A DNA stretch of 64,000 bases from contig NC_042997.1 of NCBI RefSeq assembly GCF_006345805.1, positions 31,992,001-32,056,000 on the forward strand, given 5' to 3'. Below the pieces are notes generated by a model that saw nothing but the letters and a program-made list of their open reading frames with translations, searched no databases and was not told the DNA's origin. Numbering within the stretch: position 1 is the first letter of the stretch; each line of letters begins with the position of its first letter. Made by a program: the position numbers and the translations under genes. This DNA comes from Octopus sinensis. Taxonomy: Eukaryota. This document shows, piece after piece, positions 25,308 through 37,664 of the stretch.

Positions 25308-25752
25308 ATCATCATCATCATTTAACGTCCGCTTTCCATGCTAGCATGGGTTGGACGGTTCAACTGGGGTCTGGCAAGCTCGAAGGCTGCACCAGGCCAG
25401 TCAGATCTGGCAGTGTTTCTACAGCTGGATGCCCTTCCTAATGCCAACCACTCCGAGAGTGTAGTGGGTGATTTTATGTGCCACCGACACAGGTGGCAGA
25501 CGGCCACGCTCGGATGGTGTTTTTATGTGCCGCCGACACAGGTGCCAGACGAGGCTGGCAGACGGCCACGCTCGGATGGTGTTTTTATGTGCCACCGACA
25601 CAGGTGCCAGACGAGGCTGGCAGACGGCCACGCTCGGATGGTGTTTTCTTATGTGCCACCAACACAGGTGCCAGACAAGGCTGGCGAACGGCCACGCTCG
25701 GATGTTGTTTGTTACGCGCCCACAGCACGGAGGCCAGTCGATGCGGTACTGG
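25308..25752 (-). mobile_element. RTE 3'-tail copy with ~4 units of a 62-bp internal minisatellite
   Basis: (CAT)n start. GGATG unit starts at 25512, 25574, 25636 and 25700. Confidence 0.9.
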
Positions 25753-25960
25753 CCAATATAATCCAATAAAAGTAGAAAATGTTTGCAGATGAAATATGTT
25801 CACTCATACGCCCACTCAAGAATATTCCATGGAAAGCCAAAGACAAAATTGGTCTAAATCAGATTCTGAACTCAAAAGAGTGAGGTTTCTAAACAGTTAA
25901 AATCTTAACTTATTTACCTATTCAAACAACTTAAAGTAACTTCATACAACAATAATATTA

Positions 25961-26175
25961 TCATCATCATCATCATCATCGTTTAATGTCCGCTTTCCAT
26001 GCTAGCATGGGCTGGATGGTTCAACTGGGGTCTGGGAAACCAGAAGGCTGCACCAGGCTCCAGTCTGATCTGGCAGTGTTTCTACAGCTGGATACCCTTC
26101 CTAACGCCAACCACTCCGTGAGTGTAGTGGGTGCTTTTTACGTGCCACCAGCACAGGTGCCAGACGAGGCTGGCT
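25961..26175 (-). mobile_element. RTE 3'-tail copy
   Basis: Same tail sequence with (CAT)n. Confidence 0.88.
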
Positions 26176-26905
26176 ATATATCCAGTATAATCCAATTGAC
26201 TAGTTTGCAGTCTGTGTCAGCAGTGCTAATCTGGTAGAAGGTCTTGAAATGAAAACAAAAATGCATCATAAAGTTTTTAGCTTCCTACTTTAAAGAAAGA
26301 AATGAAGAGTGAACTTGATAATTCAGACAATGATTCTTCATCAAGAAGGAGAAATTTTTCTTAAAACTTCGACAGCAGAAAATTTAAATTAAAAAAGATA
26401 CAGGAAAGCAAACAACAAAATATTCTTAGTTTCTGTACATAGGCAGGGGCATAAAGCTCACTTTGCACATAAGTGATCTCAGGTTCAGTCCCCCTGTACA
26501 GCACCTTGGGCAAATGTTTCCTTCTATAGCTCCAGTCCAATTAATCTCTTGTGAATTTGGGATCTTTTCACTTTGACCGGCAGATTTAAAAAATAATTTC
26601 TTTGTAACTAAACACTTTTAAACTTCGTATACTGGTAGAATGTGTTACAAAAAACATCTTTTTCTCTTGGCTTTCTTGAGAAAATTCTGTAGTTTGTAAA
26701 CTATTTGTTGTTAAATTTCTCACATTTCAGCAACTTCAACCAATCAATGACAAAGACAGAGATTGTGTCGAAGCCCCTCATATATGTGGGTGTATTTCCC
26801 CCATCACCACTTGACAACTGGTGTTAGTTTGTTGGTATCCCTGTAATTTAGTTGTTTGAGAAAAAGGGACCAATAGAATTAAGTGTCAGACTTTAAAAAG
26901 AAAGA

Positions 26906-27312
26906 AATACCTATTTCTTTACTACCCACAAGGGACTACACACAGAGAGGACAAACGAATTAAGTCGATTATATCGACCCCAGTGCGTAACTGGTACTTA
27001 TTTAATCGACCCCGAAAGGATGAAAGGCAAAGTCGACCTCGGCGGAATTTGAAATCAGAACGTAGCGGCAGACAAAATACCTATTTCTTTACTACCCACA
27101 AGGGGCTAAACACAGAGGGGACAAACAAGGACAGACACACGGATTAAGTCGATTATATCGACCCCAGTGCGTAACTGGTACTTATTTAATCGACTCCGAA
27201 AGGATGAAAGGCAAAGCCGAGCTAGACGGAATTTGAACTCAGAACGTAGCGGCAGACGAAATACTGCTAAGCATTTCGCCCGGCGTGCTAACGTTTCGGC
27301 CAGCTCGCCGCC
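26906..27312 (-). mobile_element. Family-B SINE dimer (full plus 5'-truncated monomer)
   Basis: Junction at ~27075-27085; flanked by the near-identical duplication TTTAAAA(A)GAAAGAAATAC. Confidence 0.88.
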
Positions 27313-27379
27313 TTTAAAAGAAAGAAATACCAGGACCGATTTGTTCAGGACCTTCAAGGTGGCGCCCATGCAACACTGC

Positions 27380-27960
27380 ACACACACGCGCGTTTCTCCC
27401 GCCTTTCTCTCTGCTTTCTCGTTGAAAGGCCTATATCCAAACCATTAAACTCGTATTAATTTAGATCAAAATTACTGATAACTACTTTATATTTTGTTAC
27501 TTTTCTTTCTGAGGTTTTCCCCCGTAAGCTATACATGTGTAACGTGAAATTTGCAGGGGAAAAGAAAAAAAGGGCTGCGAAACGCTCGTATTTTCTCTAA
27601 GACCATTAGACACGTAAATAAAGTGAAACCATCGCAGCAAGAAAACGAAAAGATTATCAAAACGTCATTAAAGGGAATGTGTGCGATGAAAATGGAAGCA
27701 TTATATATTTATGGCTCACTGAAACTAATAATGTAAGGGAGTTAACTCTGATCGCCTAAGAATACAGAAAGATTTATCAACTATAATCCGCATCATTTGC
27801 TGTGGAAGCTGCGATTATTTTCTTCTGTTGCTCTTTTTGTTACTGTTGTTGTTCTTGTTCTTATAATCGGTTGTATGAGATCACAAATATAGATTAATTA
27901 CTGAAGCGTAGTCTTGTAACATAACGAATTTCGAGTAAGCTCTATATGGAAGTAATTCCA
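27380..27960 (+). promoter_or_regulatory. CpG-retaining unique segment; possible promoter or non-coding first exon
   Basis: Many CpGs in non-repeat sequence, unlike the surroundings; candidate donor GTAAGC at 27524. Confidence 0.3.
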
Positions 27961-29039
27961 TCTGGGATTACTTATTATGCAGCTACACATGCGGATATCC
28001 AAGAAAAAGCATCCAGCCGATTGGCCTTGTAAGAACTACTTTTTATCCAATCCTTAGAACCTCAAACCTCTGAAATTCACCTCATCTTAACATTTTTGCA
28101 ACAGACTACAACTTAGGAATATTGATTTCAAATGTTGGCACAAAGCCAGCAATTTCGGAGGAGGAGGGGCCAAGTCAATTACATCGACGCCAGTACTCAA
28201 CCGGTACTTATTTTTCAGTCCCGAAAGGATGAAAGGCAAAGCTGACCTTGGTGGAAATTGAACTCAGAATGTAAAGACGGACGATATGCCGCTAAGCATT
28301 TTGCCCAGTGTACTAACGATGCTGCCAGCTTGCAACCTTATCAACTTAGAAATATTGGTTTCAGATTTGGGCACAAGGCCAGCAAGTTCAGAGGAAGGGA
28401 TAAGTTGATCACATCGACCCCAGAGCTCAACTGGTACGTATTTCATCGACCCCAAAAGGATGAGTTCTAATACCACTTTGCCTTTCATCCTTTTGGGGTC
28501 GATGAAATACGTACCAGTTGAGCTCTGGGGTCGATGTGATCAACTTATCCCTTCCTCTGAACTTGCTGGCCTTGTGCCCAATCTGAAACCAATATTTCTA
28601 AGTTGATAAGTTGCAAGCTGGCAGCATCGTTAGTACACTGGGCAAAATGCTTAGCGGCATATCGTCCGTCTTTACATCTGAGTTCAATTTCCACCAAGGT
28701 CAGCTTGCCTTTCATCCTTTCGGGACTGAAAAATAAGTACCGGTTGAGTACTGGCGTCGATGTAATTGACTTGGCCCCTCCTCCTCCGAAATTGCTGGCT
28801 TTGTGCCAACATTTGAAATCAATATTCCTAAGTTGTAGTCTGTTGCAAAAATGTTAAGATGAGGTGAATTCAGAGGTTTGAGGTTCTAAGGATTGGATAA
28901 AAAGTAGTTCTTACAAGGCCAATCGGCTGGATGCTTTTTCTTGGATATCCGCATGTGTAGCTGCCATAATAAGTAATCCCAGATGGAATTACTTCCATAT
29001 AGAGCTTACTCGAAATTCGTTATGTTACAAGACTACGCT
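27905..29039. repeat. 1.13-kb near-perfect inverted repeat (559/555-bp arms, 21-nt spacer)
   Basis: Arms 27905-28463 and 28485-29039 differ by six single-base indels and no substitutions. Confidence 0.97.
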
Positions 29040-29040
29040 G

Positions 29041-29205
29041 TTTTTGGAAGTAGTGGTCTTATAATTGCAGCCCTCCCATGAAATCTGGCTTTGTGCAGCT
29101 CCTGGCAAACAGTTTTTGTGGAAACTGGGTTCTTGAGGTGGTCATTAAGCGCTGCAGTAATTTTGGGAGCTGTCTTTTTCTGATCCTTTCTAACAATTCG
29201 CATAT
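29041..29205 (-). mobile_element. Tc1-like transposase N-terminal fragment
   Basis: RIVRKDQKKTAPKITAALNDHLKNPVSTKTVCQELHKARFHGRAAIIRPLLPK (second HTH region). Confidence 0.85.
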
Positions 29206-29214
29206 GAGTCCAAC

Positions 29215-29430
29215 ACTTGTCTGTGATGAAAAATACTCCTCCAGTACTGTTCTGACCTTATCTACAGTATTCATATTTTTTCCATCGAAATGATTTTGAA
29301 GACTGCGGAATAAATGATAATCAGATGGGGCAATGTCCTACGAATATGGTAGGTGGGGCATCATTTCCCATTCAAACTGCTCCAGCCTTATGTATGTGGC
29401 TGAGCATTATCCTGATGAAAAAACACCTTT
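29215..29430 (-). mobile_element. mariner transposase C-terminal fragment
   Basis: FFHQDNAQPH and WEMMPHLPYS*DIAPSDYHLFRSLQNHFDGK, i.e. the YSPDLAPSDY motif with a stop. Confidence 0.88.
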
Positions 29431-30030
29431 CATCTTAAAATGTTGGTGAGAGACATGATGGTGGTGACGAAGATGGAGGTCGCTGTAATGTGGTCAATGA
29501 TTAAACCTTAGAAGGTCTGGAACCAACAGACCTCAAAACTCGGAGGAGGTGAGTTTTGATAGCCAACAGTAGGCTCAAACGGAGTTTAGTACAGACAGTA
29601 AGATGCAAATTGCGCCAATACAAACCAATCAGAGAAGTGGACACAACGGGGTCCAAAACAGCACCCAAAGGTTAGCTGTTACCTGCTACATTTGTATGTA
29701 TGTATATGTAATAGAGAGAGGAAGTTCACTAGAGTTTGCTATGTAGCTTTGAAGAAATAGCTGTTAAAATAGAACTGCATTCTACAAAACTCGCACTAAG
29801 AATAAGGACAAGGTAAAACTACTACCTGCTTTTATAGCAAGTTGAAGCAGGTAGTTTATCCTATCCTCCTCCAACTTTTAGTTCATATGATCTTAAAAAC
29901 TACATTATTTATGGGATGACCAAATATATTATAATACTTTTTAAAAATTGATGTGTCATAGAGGTTTTAGTGACTTATTTAACATGTGTGTGTATGTGTG
30001 TGTGTATGTATGTATGTATGTATGTATGTA

Positions 30031-30063
<33 letters not shown>

Positions 30064-30875
30064 GTGTGTGTATGTATGTATGTATGTATGTATGGTGTGT
30101 GTGTGTGTATGTATGTATGTATATAACTAACTGACACCGTCAGTTCCAATCAATCAGATCAATGAAACAGCCTGCTTACGGAATTAACATGCGAGTGGCT
30201 GAGCACGCCACAGACAGGTGTACTCTTAACATAGTTCTCAAGAAGATTCTTCATAACACACCTAATGTGACAAGGCTGGCCCTTTGAATTGCAAGCACTA
30301 TTCATTTTTGCCAGCTAAGTGGACTGGAACAATGTAAAATAAAGTGTCTTGCTCAAGCACACAATACACCACCAGGTATTGAATTTACAACCTTATGATT
30401 GTAAACCAAATACCCCTAACCAGTGAGCCACACACACACATACACACACGCACACATGTACGTAGGATGGTGTAACCATTAGCTGCCTAGGTTAAAGGCT
30501 TGTTGGATACATTACGTACCCTTGAAAACTACAGTTTTATACAAATCATTTCTTCTCAGAACAAAATCAAAGTAAAATATTATATTTCATTGTTCTTAAT
30601 AGTTCATAGTTCATTGTAAGTTCATAACAAGTTCATTGATTTCAACACGAACAATATTGTTAAACTCAATTCAGTTTGGATGACAACGATCGGATATATT
30701 TTTATTTCAGTTTTCTCGTGTGCTGTGGCCGATAAAACTTGCAGGAAATTAAGTAAGAATAACATTTGTGGTCAACTTTGCAACACTTGATGATTTTAGC
30801 CAGACTTCTTGGAATGGAGAAAAGCTTGTCACTTCATGGCCCAACTGAAAAATTCTTTTCAGTTTATAAAGTATC

Positions 30876-31390
30876 TACCATAAATCCTCGAGTATAGTCC
30901 GCCCTTGTGTATAATATGCAGGGGATTTTTAGGGGGCTGTACCTCTGAAAAACCTAAACCTTGTGTATAATACGCACCCCTTCTCTAACTTGAGTCAAGG
31001 AGGTCTATATAACGTCCTTGGTTTGTAAAAATGTGTACGATAACATCCTTTATTGTTATTGTATATATAACATAATGCAAACGTATAGCTTTTTTGAGCA
31101 TTTTGTTTGCAGAAAATAAAGAAATAACAGTAATAACGTTTAATAAATGTTGCTTACTGCAAGTTATGGATGATTCTTTTATGACTTCATTGCTTTCAGG
31201 CTTAGCTGAAGGTATTTTTGCACCCGGCATCACAAAATACGTTTGAAAAAACATTGCCAGACAGCAAATAGAGACTCGGACATTGCTTAGAAAATAATTT
31301 TCATTTTTAACCTCGTATATGGTATGCACTAGGGATTTTGACCTTTAAATTTTGGGTAAAAAATGCGGATTATACTTGAGGATTTACGGT
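30876..31390. mobile_element. pogo/Tigger-type MITE (~515 bp)
   Basis: ~26-bp TIRs: (T)ACCATAAATCCTCGAGTATAGTCCGC and GCGGATTATACTTGAGGATTTACGGT. Confidence 0.75.
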
Positions 31391-32110
31391 GCTCGTTTTT
31401 TGTACACCTTATTATGAGTGAACATTTCTGTAAAGTTAAAGAATCAGAAACACTGGTTCATTATATCAGACATAATACCTAAAATGAGCTACACACATGA
31501 TGTTAGTTATATTGAACAAAAGACAATGATTATCCAATGATGTAATCAAGCAATTACATAAAGATACATATGAACCAGAAGTTATCATAAACAAAAGATG
31601 CTTGGGTCATTTGTTCAAATAAAGGAAACTACAGGTGTCTTTTATAACAGAAACTCTTCTTGGATAACTTGACCAAATCACATTATGAATTGAGAATCTA
31701 CGTGGTCAAAGATATAATAATGAGAGTAATAGGAAAGACAAAGAAAATAGAATACAAAAGAGAAGAGAGTCCTGAACATGTCTTTTGAGTTGATAAATAC
31801 ACTTTTTAAAATTTGGTTGTCAATGATAGTGACAGGTGTTATTTTGAAGCAGTTAATCTCTTCAGTTTGGTCAACAGATCTATAATTATTCCTTTCAATC
31901 GATTTAATGGTGACAAATTATAACAATGGATAACTGAAGCATAACTGTTAAAATATTGAGTAAAACGAGATGAAAGAGTTGGATTGATGCTTTGGAACCA
32001 TCAAGATATCATCCTGGTAATATATAAATGACGCTTTCTTAAAGATCTTTGATGACACAAGCCTAAAAGGTTCATTTGAAAATACTTCTAATTATGAAGC
32101 TAAAGCCCTT

Positions 32111-32660
32111 CATCATCATCATCATCATATCATCATCATCATCATCGTTTAACATCCGCTTTCCATGCTAGCATGGGTTGGACGATTTGACTGAGGGCTG
32201 GCAAACCAGATGGCTGCACCAAGCTCCAATCTGATCTGGCAGAGTTTCTACAGCTGGATGCCCCTCCTAACGCCAACCACTCCGAGAGTGTAGCGGGTGC
32301 TTTTACGTGCCACCAGCACGAGGGCCAGTCAGGCAGTACTGGCAATGACCTCGCTCGAATCTTTTTACGCATGCCACCAGCACAGGTGCCAGTAAGGCGA
32401 TGCTAGTAACGATCATGCTCAAATGGTGCCTTTTACATGTCACCGGCACGGAGGCCAGTTAGCCGCTCTGGTAATGATCACACTCGGATGGTGCTCTTAG
32501 CACCCTACTAGCACGGGGCTCAAGTGCCAGTAAGGCGACGCTGGTAACAATCACACTTGAATGGTGCCTTTTATGTGCCACTGGCATGGAAGCTGGTTAG
32601 CCGCTCAACGATCACACTCCTATGGTGCTTTTTGCACCCCGCTAGCACGGATGCCAGTCA
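32111..32660 (-). mobile_element. RTE 3'-tail copy (diverged subfamily, with internal repeats)
   Basis: (CAT)n, CTGGATGCCC core and tandem GTGCCA..GCAC units. Confidence 0.82.
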
Positions 32661-32974
32661 TCGAATTTAATGCAATTTGCAAACTCAATTTTGTGGTATA
32701 TCTCGATATATGGTACATACCATTTGTGAAATCGGTTTTACGAGTAAGTTGCCACAAGATACTAGGCTTCCATGGCATATAAGTGAGCAAGATTGCAACA
32801 TTTCCTCTCAACAGGATGCCAGTGTAGGGTCAGTCATTTACAGCTGAGTGAACTGAAGCAACAACATAATGCACAGTCAAGTTTGGGAATCAAAACTATG
32901 ATCTTATGATTGAGAGTGCAACAACCTAACCACCAGGCCATATTAACCATCTTACAAACAATAACTCTGAGCAC

Positions 32975-33325
32975 CTTTTCAAACTACATCTGTCTAACTC
33001 CCATGGACATGTTTACAAAGTCAGAAAACAGCACAGTCCCATGACTTTCAGAAACATTTTTTCACGCTGAGAGTTGCTGAAGCATGGAACAAACTGCCAG
33101 CATCAGTTGTTTGTTGTTGGAGCACTGCATCCTTCAAAACTTCCATGCTTCCTGAGATTCGCCTATACTACACCTGATGTTCTCTCCTCCATACACACTC
33201 AAGTATGTATCTGACTCATACATTGTTCACTTCCCAGACATTTGTACATTACTGCATATGCCTTATATGCACTTTTGACAAGTTGTGGTGCACCTGAGCA
33301 CTGTATACAATAATTTCATTATTAT
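32975..33325 (+). mobile_element. CR1-type LINE 3' end
   Basis: HGHVYKVRKQ then (frameshift) KHFFTLRVAEAWNKLPASVV...SFKTSM, the CR1 C-terminal motif, followed by a 3' UTR. Confidence 0.8.
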
Positions 33326-34019
33326 ATGCCTCCACTGCTAGAATGGAAAATAGCTGTAGAATAATGATGATGTATATATATTTATATATTCATCCTCATC
33401 ACCATTTAACATCTGTCTTTCATACTGGCATGTGCCTATATAAAAACACGCATACATGCATGCATACATACACACACACACGTACACACAAACACACGCA
33501 CACACACACACATACATACATACATACATGCATACATATGTATACATACATTTGAGCTTCATTAGGTAAGAAAATGCACACACTTGGTTGTGTGCATCAA
33601 CAATTCAACCAGCACACAAACTCAACCACATATTTGCAAACACCGCAAACTCTCTTGACTCAGTCTTGTTCCTTTGTTAGGAACTGGCTTGAACTCTCTT
33701 GAGAAGAACTTAAATAAAACTGATACATACATACATACATATATTCATTTATATTTATAGGTGAAAATGCAAGCAAAATTCAATAGGTTATTAGAATACC
33801 ACTTACTATAAATAGGGCTATCGCTCTCAAACCACAAATTACTCACTTTTAAAATATGCAAGTGAATGCAACAAACATAACAGAAATAGGCTTGCCTTGA
33901 ATGAACCACAGAAATAAAAAATACATATATTCCAAGATCAGTTGATTTTGCTTTCTAATACCCCTACTGAATTTTGTTTGTATTTTTACCTATAAAGGTG
34001 TAAACTTGCTAGCCACTTT

Positions 34020-34026
34020 ATTATTA

Positions 34027-34073
<47 letters not shown>

Positions 34074-34155
34074 AATGGTAATGGTATTCAATTTCATTCA
34101 TTTTTTTTTACTTATTTAGTTTATCTTTTCCTGTCTAAGCAAGTCACATAAAATT

Positions 34156-34235
<80 letters not shown>

Positions 34236-34370
34236 AAGAAGAAGAAGAAGAAGAAGAAGGAGAAGAAGAGTTAGAAGAAGAAGAAGAAGAAGAGAAGAAG
34301 AAGAAGAAGAGAAGAAGAAGAAGAAGAAGAAGAAGAAGAAGAAGAAGAAGAAGAAGAAGAAGAAGAAATA
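34020..34370. repeat. Compound microsatellites (ATT)n and (AAT)n(AAG)n
   Basis: Directly visible. Confidence 0.95.
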
Positions 34371-34613
34371 ATAAATAATAAATTTATTAATCCAATTCAC
34401 ATCGAATATTTTTTTATCAATTACAATAAGTAAAGATTACAAAAAAAAAGTCTTGTTTTCAGAAATTGCATAAAACATCAGATTAAGTCGTTTGGCAGCT
34501 TGGCTGATTTGGGCAAGTTGGTAGGAGGTCAAAAAATAAAAAGTAAATAGGTCAGTAATTATGAATAAAAAAAAAAAGAAACTTCCTTTGCATGCAAGCA
34601 AGGTGGTCAAACA

Positions 34614-35081
34614 CATCATCATCATCATCATCATCATCATCATTGTTTAGCGTCCACTTTCCATGCTAGCATGGGTTGGACGGTTCAACTGGGGTCTGGG
34701 AAGCCAGAAGGCTGCACCAGGCTCCAGTCTGATCTGGTAATGTTTCTACGGCTGGTTGCCCTTCCTAACGCCAACCACTCCGTGAGTGTAGTGGGTGCTT
34801 TTTACGTGCCACGGGCACAGGTGCCAGACAAGGCTGGCAAACGGCCACGATCGGATGGTGCTTTTTACGTGCCACCAGCATGGGGGCCAGGCGAGGCTTA
34901 CAACAGCCACGAATGGATGGTGCTTTTTACGTGCCACCGGCACAAGGCCAGTCTCGGTGGCACTGGCAACGGCCATGTTCAGATGGTTCTCTTACGTACT
35001 ACCGGCACTGGTATCACAGCTGCAATTTCCATTGATGTTGATCGATTTCGATTCTCACTTGCCTCAACAGGTCTTCACAAG
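34614..35081 (-). mobile_element. Longer RTE 3'-UTR copy
   Basis: Its 5' end CTTGTGAAGACCTGTTGAGGCAAGTGAG matches 57213-57240, just after the LINE stop codon. Confidence 0.9.
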
Positions 35082-35572
35082 AAAATCTCTTTAGTCTGGA
35101 GATATAAAATATTCTTTTCCACTCTAGGCACAAGACCCGAAATTTCTGATGGGGTGGGCACTCGATTAGATTGACCTCAGTATACAACTGGTACTTGATT
35201 TATACACCCCGAAATGATGAAAAGCACAGTCTACTCTAGGCACAAGGCCCAAAATTTTAGGGGAGGGGGAAAGTCGATTAGATTGACCCCAGTACTCAAC
35301 TGGTACCGAATTTATCAACCCCGAAATGATGAAAGGCAAAGTCAGCCTCGGCAGAATTTGAACTCAGAATGTAAAGCATTTCGCCCAACGTGCTAACATT
35401 TCTCCCAGCTCACCGCATTGGAAATATAAAATATTACAAATGTTATAAGTACTATAGGTCTATAAAATAAAATTTATAAATGAGTTTGGTTCAGCAGAAG
35501 GAAGGTTTTTAATGACTAAGCAGCAAGTACAACAGACTATCCAACTGTAAATAAATAAATTTACCAAGCCAG

Positions 35573-36157
35573 GTGCAGGAGTGGCTGTGTGGTAAGTAGC
35601 TCCCTTGCCAACCACATGGTCCCGGGTTCAGTCCCACTGTGTGGCACCTTGGGCAAGTGTCTTTTACTATAACTTCGGGCCGACCAAAGCTTTGTGAGTG
35701 GATTTGGTAGACGGAAACTGAAAGAAGCCTATCGTATATATGTATATATATACATATATATATGTATCATCATCATCATCATCATCATTTAGCGTCCGCT
35801 TTCCATGCTAGCATGGGTTGGACGGTTCAACTGGGGTCTGTGAAGCCAGAAGGCTGCGTCAGGCCCAGTCTGATCTGGCAGTGTTTCTACGGCTGGATGC
35901 CCTTCCTAACGCCAACTACTCCGCGAGTGTAGTGGGTGCTTTTTACGTGCCACCCGCACAGGAGCCAGACGGCCACGAACGGATGGTGCTTTTACGTGCC
36001 ACCAGCATGGGGGCCAGGCGAGGCTGGTAATGGACACAAACGGATGGTGCTTTTACGTCCCACCGGCACGGAGGCCAGTCGGAGTGGCGCTGGCAACGGC
36101 CATGATCGGATGGTTCGCTTACTTGTCACTGGCACTGGTATCACAGTCGCAATTTCC

Positions 36158-36194
<37 letters not shown>

Positions 36195-36420
36195 ATGTGT
36201 GTGTGTTTGCGTGTCTGTGTTTATCCCCCAACATCGCTTGACAACTGATGGTGGTGTGTTTATGCCCCCATAACTTAGTGGTTCAGCAAAAGAGACTGAT
36301 AGAATAAGTACTAGGCTGACAAAGTATAAGTCCTGGGGTCGATTTCTTCGACTAAAGGCAGTGCTCCAGCATGGCCGCAGTCAAATGACTGAAACAAGTA
36401 AAAAAGTAAAGAGTAAATTA
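35573..36420 (+). mobile_element. Family-A SINE with a nested antisense RTE-tail copy (35766-~36150) in its linker
   Basis: SINE head at 35573-35735 and tail at 36190-36420 bracket the insert. Confidence 0.85.
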
Positions 36421-37044
36421 GAAAAGTGAAATTCTTGAGTTTGAATAAAACAGTAAGATTCCATAGAAAAAAAAATGAATTCTAACATTTCAATACTGGC
36501 TCTGTCTGAGAATGGAAAACATAACAATTTTAATGATTTATAAATCAACTAATTACAATGATAATTAACTAATTCACAAATTGGCAAATACCGTCTCAGT
36601 TATGCTAATATAGGTGTAGGTATGGCTGCATGGTTAAAAAGCTTGTTTTGGAGTCATGTGGTTTCAGGTTCAGTCCTACTGCACAGCACCTTGGGCAAGT
36701 GTCTTCTATCATAGCCCAAGGTTGACCAATGCCTTCTGAGTGAATTTGGTAGAGTGTGTGTGTGGGTGGGGGGTGCCATTATTCAGTTTCATTTCAAGAT
36801 ATCTTGCCAATGGAGAAAAAATCAGTTTCTAACCAAGGCCCCTTCATTGGAATTTCAACATCAACAACAGTATTTTTGAATGTATGTATGTATGTATGTA
36901 TGTATGTATGTGTATGTATGTATGTATGTATGTGTGCAGATTTGAATGTTTTGTTCTATGTATATACTCTCATGCATATAGTTCCATATCTAGACATGCT
37001 CATATATATTTAAATAATAAACTGCTGGAAAGTTTAACTGATCA

Positions 37045-37180
37045 GATCTGAAGTCTTTGAATTAGCTTTCTCCTTTCTGGTTTTGAGAAGCCTAATTTCT
37101 CAAGATTGGTATTTAGGCAGTGTGCTACATATCCCAGAGCCCCAATATTTACAGGCACAAACCTGAACTTGTAATCTGGA
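37045..37180 (-). mobile_element. RLE-type (R4/Dong/NeSL-like) non-LTR retrotransposon C-terminal fragment
   Basis: LYPDYKFRFVPVNIGALGYVAHCLNTNLEKLG resembles the post-endonuclease PIVIGALG motif. Confidence 0.65.
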
Positions 37181-37625
37181 TATAGTATAGTATAGTATGT
37201 ATGTATGTATGTATGTATGTATGTATGTATGTATGTATGTATGTGCATGTGTGAATGTGTATGTGTATGTGGGTCCTTGTATTTGTCCACCATACACACA
37301 CTGCTTAATGATCACTGTTGGTTTGTTTATGGCCCTGTAACTTAGCAGTTCAACCAAAGAGACTGATAGAAAAAGTACCTGACTTACGAATAAAAATCAG
37401 TACTGAGGTTGGTTTGCTCCACTAAAAACCTTCACAACAGTGCCCCAGCATGGCCACAGTCCAATGATTGAAAACAAGTCAAAGGTAAAAGATGAGAAAA
37501 AAATTGTTTGCCCCAGCATGGCCACAGCTCATTAGCTGAAACTGGAAAAATCAAAAAAAAAAAAAAGCAATCAGAGACAGAGATATAATGAAAGAGAGTG
37601 ATAGAGAAAGAGAGTGAGAGTGAAA

Positions 37626-37664
<39 letters not shown>

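Noticed and set aside
25470-25745. Regularly spaced ~62-bp repeats resembling a CRISPR array
   Set aside because: Units are contiguous with no unique spacers, there are no cas genes, and they belong to a LINE 3' UTR.
30985-31329. 114-aa ORF inside the pogo-type MITE
   Set aside because: No transposase or host-protein motif recognised; AT-rich filler.
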